Source: Camelus ferus (Eukaryota). Taken from it: 64,000 nucleotides of DNA. The translations under genes and the position numbers were made by a program. The notes under the pieces were generated by a model. That model was not told the origin of the DNA, made no database searches, and was given only the letters and a program-made list of their open reading frames with translations. Shown here piece by piece: positions 51,534-64,000 of the stretch (position 1 is its first letter; each line of letters starts with the position of its first letter). Where the stretch lies: positions 32,614,001 through 32,678,000 of the forward strand of contig NC_045696.1 in NCBI RefSeq assembly GCF_009834535.1. Direction: 5' to 3'.

Positions 51534-53339
51534 TACATATAATAAAAGCTCAATTCTGTTTTCTATTACATATCTATAACATATTCTTATTCCATGAATT
51601 ACAGAATTTTATGGCTAAAATATTCACATTTGTGTATTGAAATAAGTCTTTCACTAGTTATAAAAGGGCAAACTAGGCCATAGGTGCATCCACAATTTGA
51701 ATGAATGTCTCTTCCACTTGAGCCAGTAATGAAGTTATATGAAAATATAGATAAGAGAAATCAGGGAGGAAGCAGGAAATTAACTAGGCAATTAAGTCTT
51801 TCCCTAAAATTACTTTGTCACTGAAACAGCTACTTTCCTTATAAAAGCTTTGTATACTTGATAGCCTAAATGTTTTAAAGCAATAACATTCTAACAATCA
51901 TTTTGAATATTAGTGTGTCTATGTTTTTATATTACTAAGAGAAATGATGTCTTAAAATCAACAAAAAATAATAGGGAGAGTTTGAACAATTAGTATTAAT
52001 CAAAATATACACCTTTGCTAAAATGTCCAGTTTAAATCTCAACAGATGATAGTGGTGCTATTTCAATTCCATACAAATTCCTGTTTTTATTTTATTAATA
52101 CTTGCCAAATATCAGCAAATTGACTGGAACTTGAAAATTAGTATTATAACTTTGATTTTGTTATGGTTTGCTTTTTCTCTGCAAAACTTAAATGCCTTTT
52201 AATGTGAATTAAGCAAATGAGCAGTAATACCAAAACCAGAATAATTTATCATTTGATGAGCTGTTTTGTGACCAGATACTTCTATGGAAGACACTTTTGT
52301 TGGCTGAAATAAGCGAAGCTTTTTGGCTGGTTCTTTAAAATATGGCTAATTTTCTCCACTACCATATGGTTTGTAACTTCAGCCATAAGTGCTGAAATTA
52401 TCAAGAACTAAATTTAGACTATGCCCATGACAGCAACACATTCAGAGATTCCCATGAGGTAAATGTCTTGCTTTTATTACTCCCATTATGGTGCACTTTT
52501 GTGAGTGTTTTGGAAATCTTCCAGTGTCTACAATAGACCCTGAGTTCACTGGCAGTTTCTTCAGAGTCACTGTGGGGACAAAAGTTTTCCTCATGAAATG
52601 TTGACTTGAAATTACATCTTTTGAAAATATAGTATATTATGTTTGCATGGAAGTTTAATGTGAGTTGTCATACCACTCTGGATAAAAATGTTGCAGAAAA
52701 TACAATAAATTGAGTATTGTCTTTCTTGAAAGGTTACTGTTAATCCACATGGTAATACTTGGAAATTCAATGTAGAACTTAGGAAATCAGTAAACTATTG
52801 TCAAGTACATGTGCTATTCATCAAATCTGTTGGCAACTATAGCAATTTTTATAGCCAGGAACAATATCAGTATATGCAGTTGACTTAGTTTCCAGAATTA
52901 AATCTTGATTAATCATAATGTTTATAGTTGAGTAATATTTGTGGCTCACTGTTACCATTAGTTTTTGTTGTTGTTACTTATAATCTTTTTTGTTGTTGTT
53001 AGTTATAAAACTAGAAGCAAAAATAGATAAACTTTTTGGGGGGTTTTCAGATTTATAGCTAATTTTGTTGCACGTTTTCCCATGTGACTTACGTTGCTGG
53101 TTCAGCAGATCTAACTTACTGAAGATAATGCATCTTTCATTGATGATATTTGCATTTTTAAAGTGAAGTGCCACTACTTTCTGTTTAAGCAACCTAGTGT
53201 AATGATTGAGTCATTGAGTCTTTAATCCTATATTTTCTAATTTAGAAAATGGACATAATCTCATTTCAGAATACCATAAAATATAATGGTTTTGAGAAGT
53301 AAATATGATAATCTATTCTGCTGAACAATACAAAATTGA

Positions 53340-53525
53340 CAGTGAATATGTCACTAACACTGAATTTGACATATCCCATTCAGTGGAGTCATGTTCAAAC
53401 AATATTGATGTCCAAGACCTACCACAGACCACTTAGATCAGAATTATTAATGGTGGGGCAAGGGCATATGTATTTCCTGAAAATTCAAAGTGATTTTAAT
53501 ATGAAGGTAGGATTAAGAACCACTG
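53340..53525. mobile_element. MER5-like hAT-Charlie MITE
   Basis: cagtg...gatgtccaagacctaccacagacc..atcagaatt..tggggcaagggcat..caaagtgattttaatatg..gattaagaaccactg. Confidence 0.65.
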
Positions 53526-53885
53526 ATACATTTTTTCATAGCATCTCATATTCTCCACTTCTATAGAGACAGTCATTATATGGACAGAATAACCCTTCCA
53601 TACAAAAGGATAAATAAAAGTTAAAAAAAAAAGAAAAGGTTTTTTTTTTTTTAATGAGGCTGCAAAGTCAAAATATTTTAAAATGTATTCAAATTTACTT
53701 TTGTGCCATGTAGCAGTCAAACATGGACTTTCCTAAGTGGATGATAAAGCAGTGAAAGTGGTTGTTAAGAGTATCACTGATCCTGCCTGATTTTAATTAA
53801 GGCATAAGTCCCCCCACCCCCCAAAAAAAGTATTTCTGGAAAAGTATGATCAAGTTTTGGAAATAAATATACACATGCATGCATG

Positions 53886-53888
<3 letters not shown>

Positions 53889-53925
<37 letters not shown>
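53889..53925. repeat. Perfect (AC)18 microsatellite
   Basis: Directly visible. Confidence 0.95.
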
Positions 53926-53926
<1 letters not shown>

Positions 53927-54292
53927 GAAGCGCTCTTTCAGTTCAAATTTCAGGGCTATTTAGATTAAAGTCTCCCTTGCCTGAGACTGCTATTAGGGGT
54001 TTTTAAGGCACAGAGAGAAGAATCTAGATGAAGCAGAGATGTTGGGGAAGGTAGGAGAGAAGAGGGTATAAGACAAAGTAACTAGCTAGTGTAAACCTGG
54101 CTATTTTCAATAAAGTATTAAAAATGCACTGCAACTCTCCTCATAGATAAACTTGATAATAAAGAGAAAGTTTTACATGATGTATTAAAGGAGTTGCAAA
54201 CATGTGAATTCCAAAGTTTTATTGTTTCATATAGATAAGTATTTTATGAGACTAGTAGACTGAGCAATGCGCTGAAATCAAGACATTGCCCA

Positions 54293-54422
54293 GGGACTTC
54301 TTTTTCTTTTTTTCTTGATAAGTTTTTCTTTTTTTTAACACTTTTATTGTGGTATGATTCCTGTACAGGAACTACACATTTTTCAGATGTACTATTTGAT
54401 GGATTTTACGGGACTTCTTTTT
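54293..54422 (-). mobile_element. 104-bp L1 extreme 3' end with 13-bp TSD
   Basis: GGGACTTCTTTTT at 54293-54305 and 54410-54422; ttttaacacttttattgtggtatgatt..actacacatttttcagatgtactatttgatg is an antisense L1MA/MB-type terminus; TT/AAAA endonuclease site on the minus strand. Confidence 0.8.
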
Positions 54423-54964
54423 AAGTATTGTTTTCAAGGTATTTTCATTTTCCACTTTCTTGTAAAAGGAGTATGTATAGTTGCACCTAATTGCTGGCTT
54501 TGACTTATGTGAGTTTTAGATAGCTTCTCAGGAAGAAAAGAAGGAACTGTCTCCTTGTAGTAACCTGTGTCAAAAAGGTTGCAAAATTGCTATCAAACCA
54601 AACTTGAGTTAGTACACTTTTGTATTCTTTGGCCATTTTTGAAAAACCATTGTTTCCTGGGGATGATTATCATATGAGCCTCTAAAAAATTAATTTATCT
54701 ATGGATACTACAATTTTATCCATATATCCATATAAGAGATGTACACTTAACAAGTTCTCCATGTGGTATATCAGGTCGGTCCCTAACTTTCTGATAAGAC
54801 AAAGGTAGATTTTGTCACAGAGACTACATAGGAAATTTAAAAATTATATAGCTACTCTATACATTTAATTTTGAAACAATTCAAACATTTTTTAATGTTT
54901 TGAATATTTTGTTTAAAAAAGCTTTTAAAGTATGTGTTGATATGTGAATACATATTTTGACAAT

Positions 54965-55125
54965 TTATTCCAATAATTTGTGGACCATGTTTACTGACCT
55001 AGAAAATAGGGATTACAGTAGTTCCTACCTCATGTAAACGTTGTGAAGATCAAATTATTTAATCATGAGAAATAACTAGCACAGTAACAGTCACATAATA
55101 AGAGGTTAAATAAATACTAGTTATA
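54965..55125 (+). mobile_element. MIR SINE 3' part
   Basis: aaaatagggattacagtagttcctacctcatg..ttgtgaagatcaaat..tagcacagtaacagtcacataataag. Confidence 0.7.
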
Positions 55126-58049
55126 AAATTAATGGAATTAGTGGATGCTTCTTATGGTTCCTTTCTTTGTAGCTTGTTCTAAAACTCCATCGCTATACAG
55201 CTTCTTTTTTTTAATAGTCTCATTAAAATGATAGGAATCACGTTCTGTCTGATGCATAAACATTTCCCAAGGACGCAAGCAGTCAGTGGTACCTGTAGGA
55301 AAAGAACCTAGATCCTCTTTTCGCTTTTTTTGAAATATTCTCCTAAATCACACTGGGTCTACTTTTTCACATGGTAAAGATATTATAAATGGCTAAAGAA
55401 ATTGCTATTACAGAATTGAGTCCAGCATTCCGAAGGCTAGTCACAGTAGCCTTGTGGAATAGTCTTTAAAAACAATTTTTTGATAGTGTTTCTAAAATTG
55501 TTGCACACTATAAAACAGTTTTATAGAAATAATTTCCCTAAACATTCAACATTTTGCATATTCCAAATCTTAAAACTGAAAGGAAAAAAAAATCTGAATT
55601 AAGGGTTTCCTTTTCACTCTTTTCATGTTGACTTTTCCTTGTAACACTAGTGAATAGTATCTGCTATATCATGCAGAATCCATTTTAAGATATAACAAAA
55701 AAATTAAGTGCATACAGTGTTAGAAATTAAATACATACTAATCTAGATGTTTTTACTATATAATAGTTATTTTGATTTGAATCTGGGAAAAATATGTTAA
55801 TGAAAAATATATGTATTTATCTGTCCATTCAATAGGAAATTGTTGAATGTCTACTGGATTTCATTACATAATTTTTAAATAGAATAACCAATAATTCTTC
55901 TGAAAGCAAAACATTACCCTTAAATCCTTCACTTTTTCGTACTGTTTCAGCACCAAATAACCTGGTTGTGACTGCAGTCACACATATTCTCTCTTTACTG
56001 AAACGTGTGCATTTGTTCCAAGTTTATATATCATCTGATATAAAGAAATGCAAAAAAAATTGCAGGTTGATATTAAATCACATTGCAAAAACTATAATAT
56101 TAATAAAAATATTACATAATTTAATTCAAATGTAACCTTTTTCCCATTTAATATGTTCTAGGTCTTGAGTTCCTTTTGCATTTAATTTTCATAAAAGCCA
56201 TAGGAAGAAAGCTATGTTAAACTTTTTTTTTTGGAAGAACTAAATTTCCAAAAGTGGTAATAACTCATTCCAGAGCACCTAGTAAGTGAATGCAATAACA
56301 GAACTCAAATGCATGCGTGTCTTCTGATTTCAAAACCTATGATTCAAGACTGCATCAGGAAAAATAACATACGGAGGAGGAGATATTTATCACAAACTAG
56401 ATGAGAATAAGGCCAGAACAAATCTCCTAGCCCAGTAGAATCAAGTCTAATCAAGGCGCCAAAGCTTCCCACAGCCATGTGTTTTGTGCTATACTCTGCT
56501 GATCCTAGTTGTTTCTATATATGAACAAGAGAATATGTAATTATGTAAGTAACATTTCTATAGAGTACAATTCCTGTGACCAAAAAAAAAAAAGACTGTT
56601 TGAAGAAATAAACTCCCTTAAGGAGTTTTACTGACAGTTAGGGACTGTTTAGTGGATGCTGATGTACACTACCACTGTTATCTACTAAGTGAATATGTAG
56701 ACATTACAGCTGTCTCCTGAGCACTCAAATTAAGCCAGAGAGAATATTCTTTAGAAGAGTTCAACTTGAGAGGAAAGCTGTAATTTAAACATTCATATAA
56801 AATGCATAAATTTCAAAGTACATTGAAAGAGTATTATATTATGAATAAAGAAGTTTGCTCTAATTCTGGACTTATTTCAAAATTATAACATTTTATTTCT
56901 GTATTTCAGAAATTCCTTTACCAAATAACTACCTCCACAAAATAGCTGCAGCTAAATTTGTGGAAACATTCAATATATGTTTTCAAACACTGAATGTTTG
57001 TTATTGGCCGAAGTTACAATGTTTAGGACAAGAGGCATTTTCTTTCTACATACAGTTTTTACATGTTTCAGTAGAACTACTTATAAGTTCTATTTTAAGA
57101 AACTCATAGGATGTCAATGTTTTAAATTTACTGCAAATGAAAGATATTTGAGCTACACTTAGCACAGAGAATATATTACAGAGAATTTTTACTATAAGCA
57201 TTTTCTTACTTTATCCTTTATGTAGGTTTTTAAAAAATAGGTAAAATTTGAAAATGCTACTGAATGTTTTTTAAATTTTGATTTAAGTGCCTTAAGTATT
57301 CCATGTATATTTTCCTTTCCTGTAGTTTATTTTTTCTTTCTCTCTAAAGAACAGTATTTCTTTGCTTTTTCTTTCCTTAACCTCAAATATAATGTCAGCA
57401 ACTCGTAAGCATGCATATAAAGTACATAAAAAGATAAATATTAAGATTTTTTTTTTACTATAGTAGTTACCAAGGTGTTTTTTTCCAGTGTAAATTTAGG
57501 AACTATTTTTAAAAAGGACAGAAGGGAGAAATAGAACACCTTTTAAAGCAACAATATTAGACCTTTATGATTCTAAAGGTAGCAGTTACAGAGCAAATGC
57601 CTTGTAAAGAGTAAAATAAGAACCAAAAATAATTTTAAATTCATAGAAAACAAATTGATAGTTTGCTTTAAAAAGTTATGATATACCAAAGATGTTATTA
57701 ATTAGTTTCTTTTAGTTTTTCACTTTGAACTCTGTTAGGACAATATCATGGAAGACAATATGTGTTAAAGGAAAATGCAATGTCAAGAGTGAAAAGAAAA
57801 CCCTTAATTCAAAGATGTTTTTCCTTTTAGTTTCAAGATATGGATCATGCAGTCACAATTAGAGATGTGTTTAAGTAGTTTACAATCATCAGAAATTTTG
57901 GAAGGGAAATTTATACGTCTCCATTACCTAAACATTGCATTGCACACTGGACTTTACATGTTTACTGTAATATGTTACACTATGTGTGAAGCTCGGGACC
58001 AACCATTAGTGGGTACAGGGAAAGGTATCAGCTATGTGAAAACTTTTTT

Positions 58050-58200
58050 TTTTTTAACCACATACCATTGACTTCTTCAGGTATCAAATTCAGTTACCCT
58101 GTAGAGTGCTCCACATCCTGAATTTGTCTTAGTTTCTTCATGGTGTCCTGTAACATGTTGCTCTTTGTGTTTTCTATAAACTGATAAACAGGCCTATAAT
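58050..58200 (-). mobile_element. Old L1 (L1MC4/5-like) 3' UTR fragment
   Basis: ccattgacttcttc..cagttaccctgtagagtgctccacatcctgaatttgtctt..ttcatggtgtc..taacatgtt..ttttctataaactg. Confidence 0.5.
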
Positions 58201-58679
58201 TTGTCTTCCAATTTATTTTTTTATTAACAAGTAAACATTTTTGATTCTTTTAGATTGGTAATTTAGAGGAAAGACATTTTCTTCTGAGGTGCTTGAACAG
58301 TAAATTTTGATATAAAGGAACATTAAGAGAGAGGATGCCAGCCAGAGGGATGAAGGATTCAGAGCAGAGGCAGGGAGTATCAGACAGTTTTTCTTCTACC
58401 AATTTTGACTCAGGTTTACCCTAATCAATAGTAAATTATTTGGAGAAATGCAAAGCATCCTAATAAGATCAAGCCCTGGATCCTGGTATGAAATGTGTAA
58501 TATATAAAGGCCGTAGTAACTCCAATCAGGATCAGGAAAGGTGACATAAAAGGAAATATAAAATATTGAAAAAGGAAACTTTCTGCCTGACCTCCAACTT
58601 TCTTTATGGTCCAAAGCTTCAGAAAATAAGACATATGACATAAAATAGAAATACAGCATCCAGGTTAGCTTTTGTCTGC

Positions 58680-59520
58680 TAATTTATTCATTCATTATTT
58701 CAAAGCATGTCTAATGAGCACCTACTAAGTGCCAGGACAATGTGTTAGCTGCTCTGAGAGGACTTTGTTCATAAGTGCCCTCCATGACACTCTGATGTCA
58801 TCTGCCTCTGCTTTGTGCTGCCATAGTAGCCTGTATATTTCACAGCTCTAGAACACACCACTAGGTATCGCAGTCATCTATTTCTCTATTTCACCCCCAG
58901 TAGACTGTACATTCCAAGTCTCATTTTTGTATTTGCACTACTAAATTTAATACCTTCCAATTACAGTTTCTCAAATGTTGAATGAATGAGCAAAGCACAA
59001 TCCTTGCTTTAAAGAATGTTTACAGGCTTACAAACCCTTGTATTACAAGGCTCAAAACCACAAATGGTGCTTTTTATATATTATGAGAGAGTATATTATG
59101 GGAGATTTGATAATGTTCATATAGGGGAGATGACATTTAAGTGATTGTTATAATCATAATCAGATATTTGCTAGAGCTGAGGAGGAGCTGTGTTGATATG
59201 GGGAAGTTACAAGGGATAAGAAAGCATGACCTTTTTAGAGAACAGTAAGAGATCCCATGTGTCTAGAGCACAGGATTGGTGGGGTGGAAAGCAGGCTGGG
59301 ACCGGATGATGACATGACTCAGACACTGTGCTAAACATTCTAGATGTTTTCCTGAAGGTAACAAGGTGTCAGTGGAAGTTACCCAAGCCAAGTGAGAGAT
59401 CATTCTGATAGCTCCTTAGAGGATAAATAAGTGAAAAGGGACTGTTGGCAAGGTTTAGAAATGCTGAGAAATCCAGGAGGAAGGTTCTTAAGTAGGTCTG
59501 AATCAAGATGTCTTTAACTG
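58680..59520 (-). mobile_element. L2 3' region interrupted by an opposite-strand L2 3' end (about 58770-58990)
   Basis: attcattcatt..atgagcacctactaagtgccagg (antisense L2 end); sense end ..cccccagtagactgt..ctcaaatgttgaatgaatga; antisense body resumes acaatccttgcttt..ggggagatgacatttaag.. Confidence 0.6.
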
Positions 59521-62240
59521 GGTCTAATGGATTTTCAGCAATTTTAGGAAGTCTTTGAGCTACATTTCTACTTAGCTTCAGATGGTAAGGTCTATCACTA
59601 TCTTAGACTTTGACTGAGCTACACCCCATTGTGTTTACATTCCAAACCCAGCTGAACATCATTTGAACAGTCAAACCAAGGTGATAGCATTATTAGCCTA
59701 AGCCCAGAGCCTGGATAATGACTTAGACTACTAAATCCTAGCTTTATAAGATACAGCATGTTCAAATTTAAATTAGGCACCGTCATAGAATTAAATGTCA
59801 TGAACATGTTATTGTTCTAATGTACTGAATTAATGCGTTTCTAGCCTTGGCTGTTGCTGCTTCTTCATTAAAAATAAACAAACAAACAAACAAACAAACT
59901 AGTAGTAGGAAATGCTCTTTTTCCAGCTCAGTTAACCATCTATTATATAAAATTCTCTTTTCTGCCCAACATCTCATCTCTAGCATCATAAACACATAGA
60001 ACTATAGTGAGAAAGCTTCGTAATAGGTTGGTTTCCAGAATAATTTTCCTAATAACATGGTTTTCATGGGAAAGAGGGAGTAATTAGAGCTGGATATTTT
60101 CTAACAAGACTCAAATCAGGTTGAAGCCGCCTACAGTCTTAGTCTTAGGTTATTTCCCTCCCCCCCAAATTCTGTTGTTAGCAGAGAAGGAAAAGGACTT
60201 TGAGATAGTATCTACAGAACTACATATAATATTTTAAAGAAAATATTTTCTTTAAGCCTCTTGAGAGAGAGGAATATCAGCTGTGATGGCTGGAGTATAG
60301 GTATAAATGAGGTGAGTGCACTTGGTACAGTTCTGGAGCTTTCCATCTCTTTGACCTTCAAAAGAGAACTTCAAAATCCACTTCACAGAGTTCAGGTGGA
60401 AATGGATACATAAGAAAAGAAGGAAGTTATTCATGCATTTGGCAAAGATTAATGGAAGGCTGTTCCTGTATGCATTACAGAGTTGTGTGACGAGTGTCTC
60501 CTCACACTTTGATGTAAAGCAGTTTCGAATGTTACTCCCTAATTTCTGGCTAGCGTGGATAGTCACCAAGAAAGTCATTCAAAGATAAAACATAGAATAA
60601 GGCCAAAATCTGAGCACAATAAAGATATTATTTGAGCTATGAAATCTAGGAAGTACTGGTTTACTACTAAAATGAGCAACTAAAATGTTAAATTGTCTAA
60701 GAAAAACAAAAAAATAAAAAGACTGAAAATGAAAAGTAAATAAAAAATACCAACTTCATAGAGAGGAGGAAGAATAGAATGGAAAGTCTGAATAAGAAAA
60801 AATTGTCATTTTCGTTGCTCTTGATGATCATGGTAAAAGGAATAAGAAATTAAAATATGATGGCAAACATCGTAGGAAAGAATTCAGGTGTCTGCTGTTT
60901 GTTCAGACAGCCTAATGCTACAGGATATAGTTGTCTACAATTTCATGTAACTTTACTTCTGAAGGTACTGCTTGGAAATGCTGTTAATGAGGCAGTGGTA
61001 ATAATGAAATATCTCCTGAAAAGATGATTCATTATTCAGTGCAGTGTAGTCGAGCAAGTTTCAAGTTGTGTAATTGTGACAGGAGCAGAAAGTGACAAAG
61101 ATAGAGGAAACATTGTTACTGGGTACAATTTAAATGCAGTGTTTGAGAAATGACTGGGAAAGACATTTTCCCCTGAAATTAGAATCAACTCATCTACCTT
61201 GCTTTCTTTTTCACGGTGTTTCATCATAATGTTTTCCCTTGTTGAATTTAAATGACATTTTTTTCGTACCTTGGCATATTTTTCAAGGAGATATTGTCTT
61301 AGGTATATTAATAATTCTTAAATATGTTTTAAAATACTGATTTTAATTGGAAAAACAGTTATAATCTTGATTGTTCATGGCTCAATTTCTTGGCAGATAT
61401 TTCTTCTGCAAACTACTGTTGACCATAAAATCAGAATGGTGATTTTGAATTATATTGTTCTTGTTTAATGTAGCATGTACGCTTTCCTGGCTCAGAATGT
61501 GCCGTTTCACAAAGCTGTATAAAACTGGCTTACTTTTTAAAAAAATTCTCCAGCACAGGGTGGTACACTGCATGCATAATTCAACTTGTTGAAGCATCCT
61601 AGAAAACTTTTCTTTATTTTTAAAATTGTAGCAACAAGGAGAAATTAATTATTTGTTACAACACAATGAACTTTTATGCTGTATTCCCAATTTTGTTTTA
61701 CACTGAAGTCTTGATTTGCAAATGTGAGTGAAAGATTGACTTTAAATATCCAGAGATGATTAGCTGCCAGCTCTAATCAAATTGAGAAGTAATTAGCAAA
61801 TCAAAACTTGATTAGCTCTTTGCTTGATTTACTAAAATTATAGTTTATACCGTTTAAATAATGGGGGAGGGGAGTTTTCTATACTCCAGATACAGTAGAG
61901 TCTACTATGTTTGGGCAGGAGGGGAACTCACTACTTTAAGGACATTCTAAACTTGAAAATCCTTTTATATTCCTTTGTGATACTACAGTACGACACATTA
62001 GCATCTTACTTTTAGTTTTCTGAGAACGGAACTTTCTCTTAATTGCTACATATAATACAATGTTATATATAATTTAACTTTGTAAGGATCATTTTAAATA
62101 TATGTTGAATCATTGTTTAATCATGGGTATATTCAGGATTTTTTTCAAATTCCTAGGATATAAAAACCTTGCAAGGTGTACTGACTCATGCCTAAACGAC
62201 TGGATATTTAAGATTCAGGAAAGAGAAAACCATCCACCAC

Positions 62241-62643
62241 TGTGTTAGTCAGCTAGGGCTGCTGTAACAGAAACCACAGGCTAGTGATTTAAACAACAGA
62301 ATTGTACTTGCCCACAACCTCAAGCCTGGAAGTCTGGGACCAGGGTGCCAGTAGGTTGGTGTCTGGTGTGGAATCTCTCCTTGGGTTGTAGATGGTCACC
62401 TTCTTCTGTGTCCTCATGGCCTTCTGCATGCGAGGCAGCGGTGTTGGGGGTTCCCCTGATGTCTTTTCGTAGTCTTCTTAGGACACCAGTCTTGTCAGGT
62501 TAGGGCCCCAATTTTATGACCTCATTTAACCCTTATTACCTACCAAACTGTAGATCCTACCTCCATATATAGTCACATTAGTTGGAAGAGGTGGTCAGGG
62601 CTTCAATATGTGAATTTGGGGAGATGCACTTAAGTCCATAATA
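62241..62643 (-). mobile_element. MLT1B-like (ERVL-MaLR) solo LTR, full length
   Basis: tgtgttagtcagctagggctgctgtaacag..aggacaccagtc..ttagggcccc..tatgacctcatttaacc..gggcttcaatatgtgaatttgggg..agtccataata; degenerate 5-bp TSD ACCAC/ACCTC. Confidence 0.9.
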
Positions 62644-63427
62644 ACCTCTGATCAGTGTTCCTGTACAAAACAGACTTAATGCAATAAGCAAATGACAGAA
62701 GAGCAGAACCATCACTGCCAGCAGCAGCTCAGGGCAGTGGGAGGGGCAGCAGCAGGATTTAGAGCCTAAAGTATCCCCAGCACCTCTGGAGGAAACAGGC
62801 AGAGCTGCAGGAATCCTTTTAGAGTTGACCCTCAAGGAATGGGTTGTTTGGTCACAGATAACAAGCTTTGGCCCAAAAGTAAGTGTGGTAGCTCTTGGCC
62901 AAGCATAGATGCAGAACTAAGTGACTTGCACTCATTTTTACAAATCCACTATATATTTCTGTAACATTGAAGTCTCAACAGTTGCCAAACCAGCAGAACA
63001 TTACTGTCTGACAGCTCTTTGGTGATTTAGTCATTCATCTCTTCATTTGAGCCAGAAGGTTCAAAATATTGTTTATACATCCAGAAAAACTTGTTTTCTG
63101 GTTTCCTAAGTATACTGGCACAGATACAAGGATTTGCCCTATTAAGTGCTTTAAAAAAAAAGACTTAATAATCTTAATTGTTAAACTTATTTCTGAATTT
63201 TCAAAAAAAATGATTATAAATCCTCTTGTCTTCTCTTCACTAGAAAGTGTTCTGTGGGACATATGCAGGCATCAGTTTTTATACTTATTTTAAACCTCTG
63301 ATTTTTGAAAAATTAAAATTTGATATTTAAGAATTTTACTTTCTACCCCATATCATTTATTTTTGGATATTTTCAAGTAAGGTATTTGATCAGTTTTAGA
63401 AATATGACAAGACTGTTGAAGTATTTA

Positions 63428-64000
63428 CAGGGTGAACTTGTTTTATTGTGTTTTGCTTTGTTGTGCTTTGCAGATACTGCATTTTTTACAAATTGTAGGT
63501 TTGTGGCAACTATGTGTCCAGCAAATCTATCAAGGCCATTTCTCCAATAGCAGTTGCTCACTCCATGTCTCAGTGTCACATTTTGGTAGTTCTGGCGTTA
63601 TTTCAAACATTTCTATTATTGTATTTGTTATGGTGATCTGTGATCAGTGATCTTCGATACTACTATTGCTATTGTTTTGGGGCCCCTGAACAGTACCCAT
63701 ACAACAGTGAACTTAATTGATAAATGTCTGTGTTCTGACTGCTCCACTGACTGGCTGTTCCCTCATCTCTCTTCTTCTGCTTGGGCCTCTCGATTCCTTG
63801 AGACACAATATTGAACTGAGGCCAGTTAATAAACCCTACAATGGCCTCCAAGTGTTTAAGTGAAAGAAAGTCATACATCCCTCACTATAAATTGAAAGCT
63901 AGAAATGATTAAATTTAGTGAGGAAGGCATGTCAAAAGCAGAGAAAAGCCAAACGCTTGGCCTTTTAGACCAGTTAGCCAAGTTGTGAATACAAAGGAAA
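63428..64000 (+). mobile_element. Tigger1 (TcMar-Tigger) 5' end with decayed transposase start; runs off the window
   Basis: TA then cagg..cttgttttattgtgttttgctttgttgtgctttgcagatactgc; ATG at 63841 gives MASKCLSERKS, then frameshifted KLEMIKFSEEGMSKAE. Confidence 0.92.

Noticed and set aside
57831..58024. Acceptor, 194-nt open frame, AAG|GTATCA
   Set aside because: Weak donor and unrecognised peptide; insufficient support
58396..58659. Segment with TATA- and CCAAT-like motifs and two overlapping minus ORFs
   Set aside because: Could be an ancient LTR remnant, but I could not assign termini or family; ORFs look compositional
1..64000. Remaining 60-135 aa ORFs in the track; CRISPR, operon or defence-system interpretations
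   Set aside because: ORFs are short, often non-ATG, low-complexity or inside repeats; the DNA is mammalian with no spacer-repeat array or gene-dense structure

Overview
AT-rich (about one-third GC by eye), CpG-depleted eutherian mammal genomic DNA, not prokaryotic. The youngest LINE-1 3' ends resemble camelid (alpaca/camel) L1 as I recall them. I cannot support any protein-coding gene, tRNA, rRNA or CRISPR feature. The ORF track is noise except for decayed L1 ORF2 remnants. The window reads as a long intron or gene desert filled with ancient repeats (MIR, L2, MLT1, MER5, MER47/Tigger5, Tigger1). Best-supported structure: a nested retroelement cluster at about 15.2-20.9 kb. It holds an ERV1-type solo LTR with a 4-bp TSD and an L1MC1-like host. 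The host carries a 61-bp orphan polyadenylated retro-insertion, a younger antisense L1 that itself holds a sense L1 3' end (forming an inverted pair), and a second solo LTR with a perfect DR5 nuclear-receptor element. Several non-repeat blocks retain CpGs or cluster TF motifs and are candidate enhancers. A few exon-like or recursive-splice-like sites are flagged at low confidence. I found no convincing novel biological system. Repeat family names come from recalled consensus similarity, and boundaries of old repeats are approximate.
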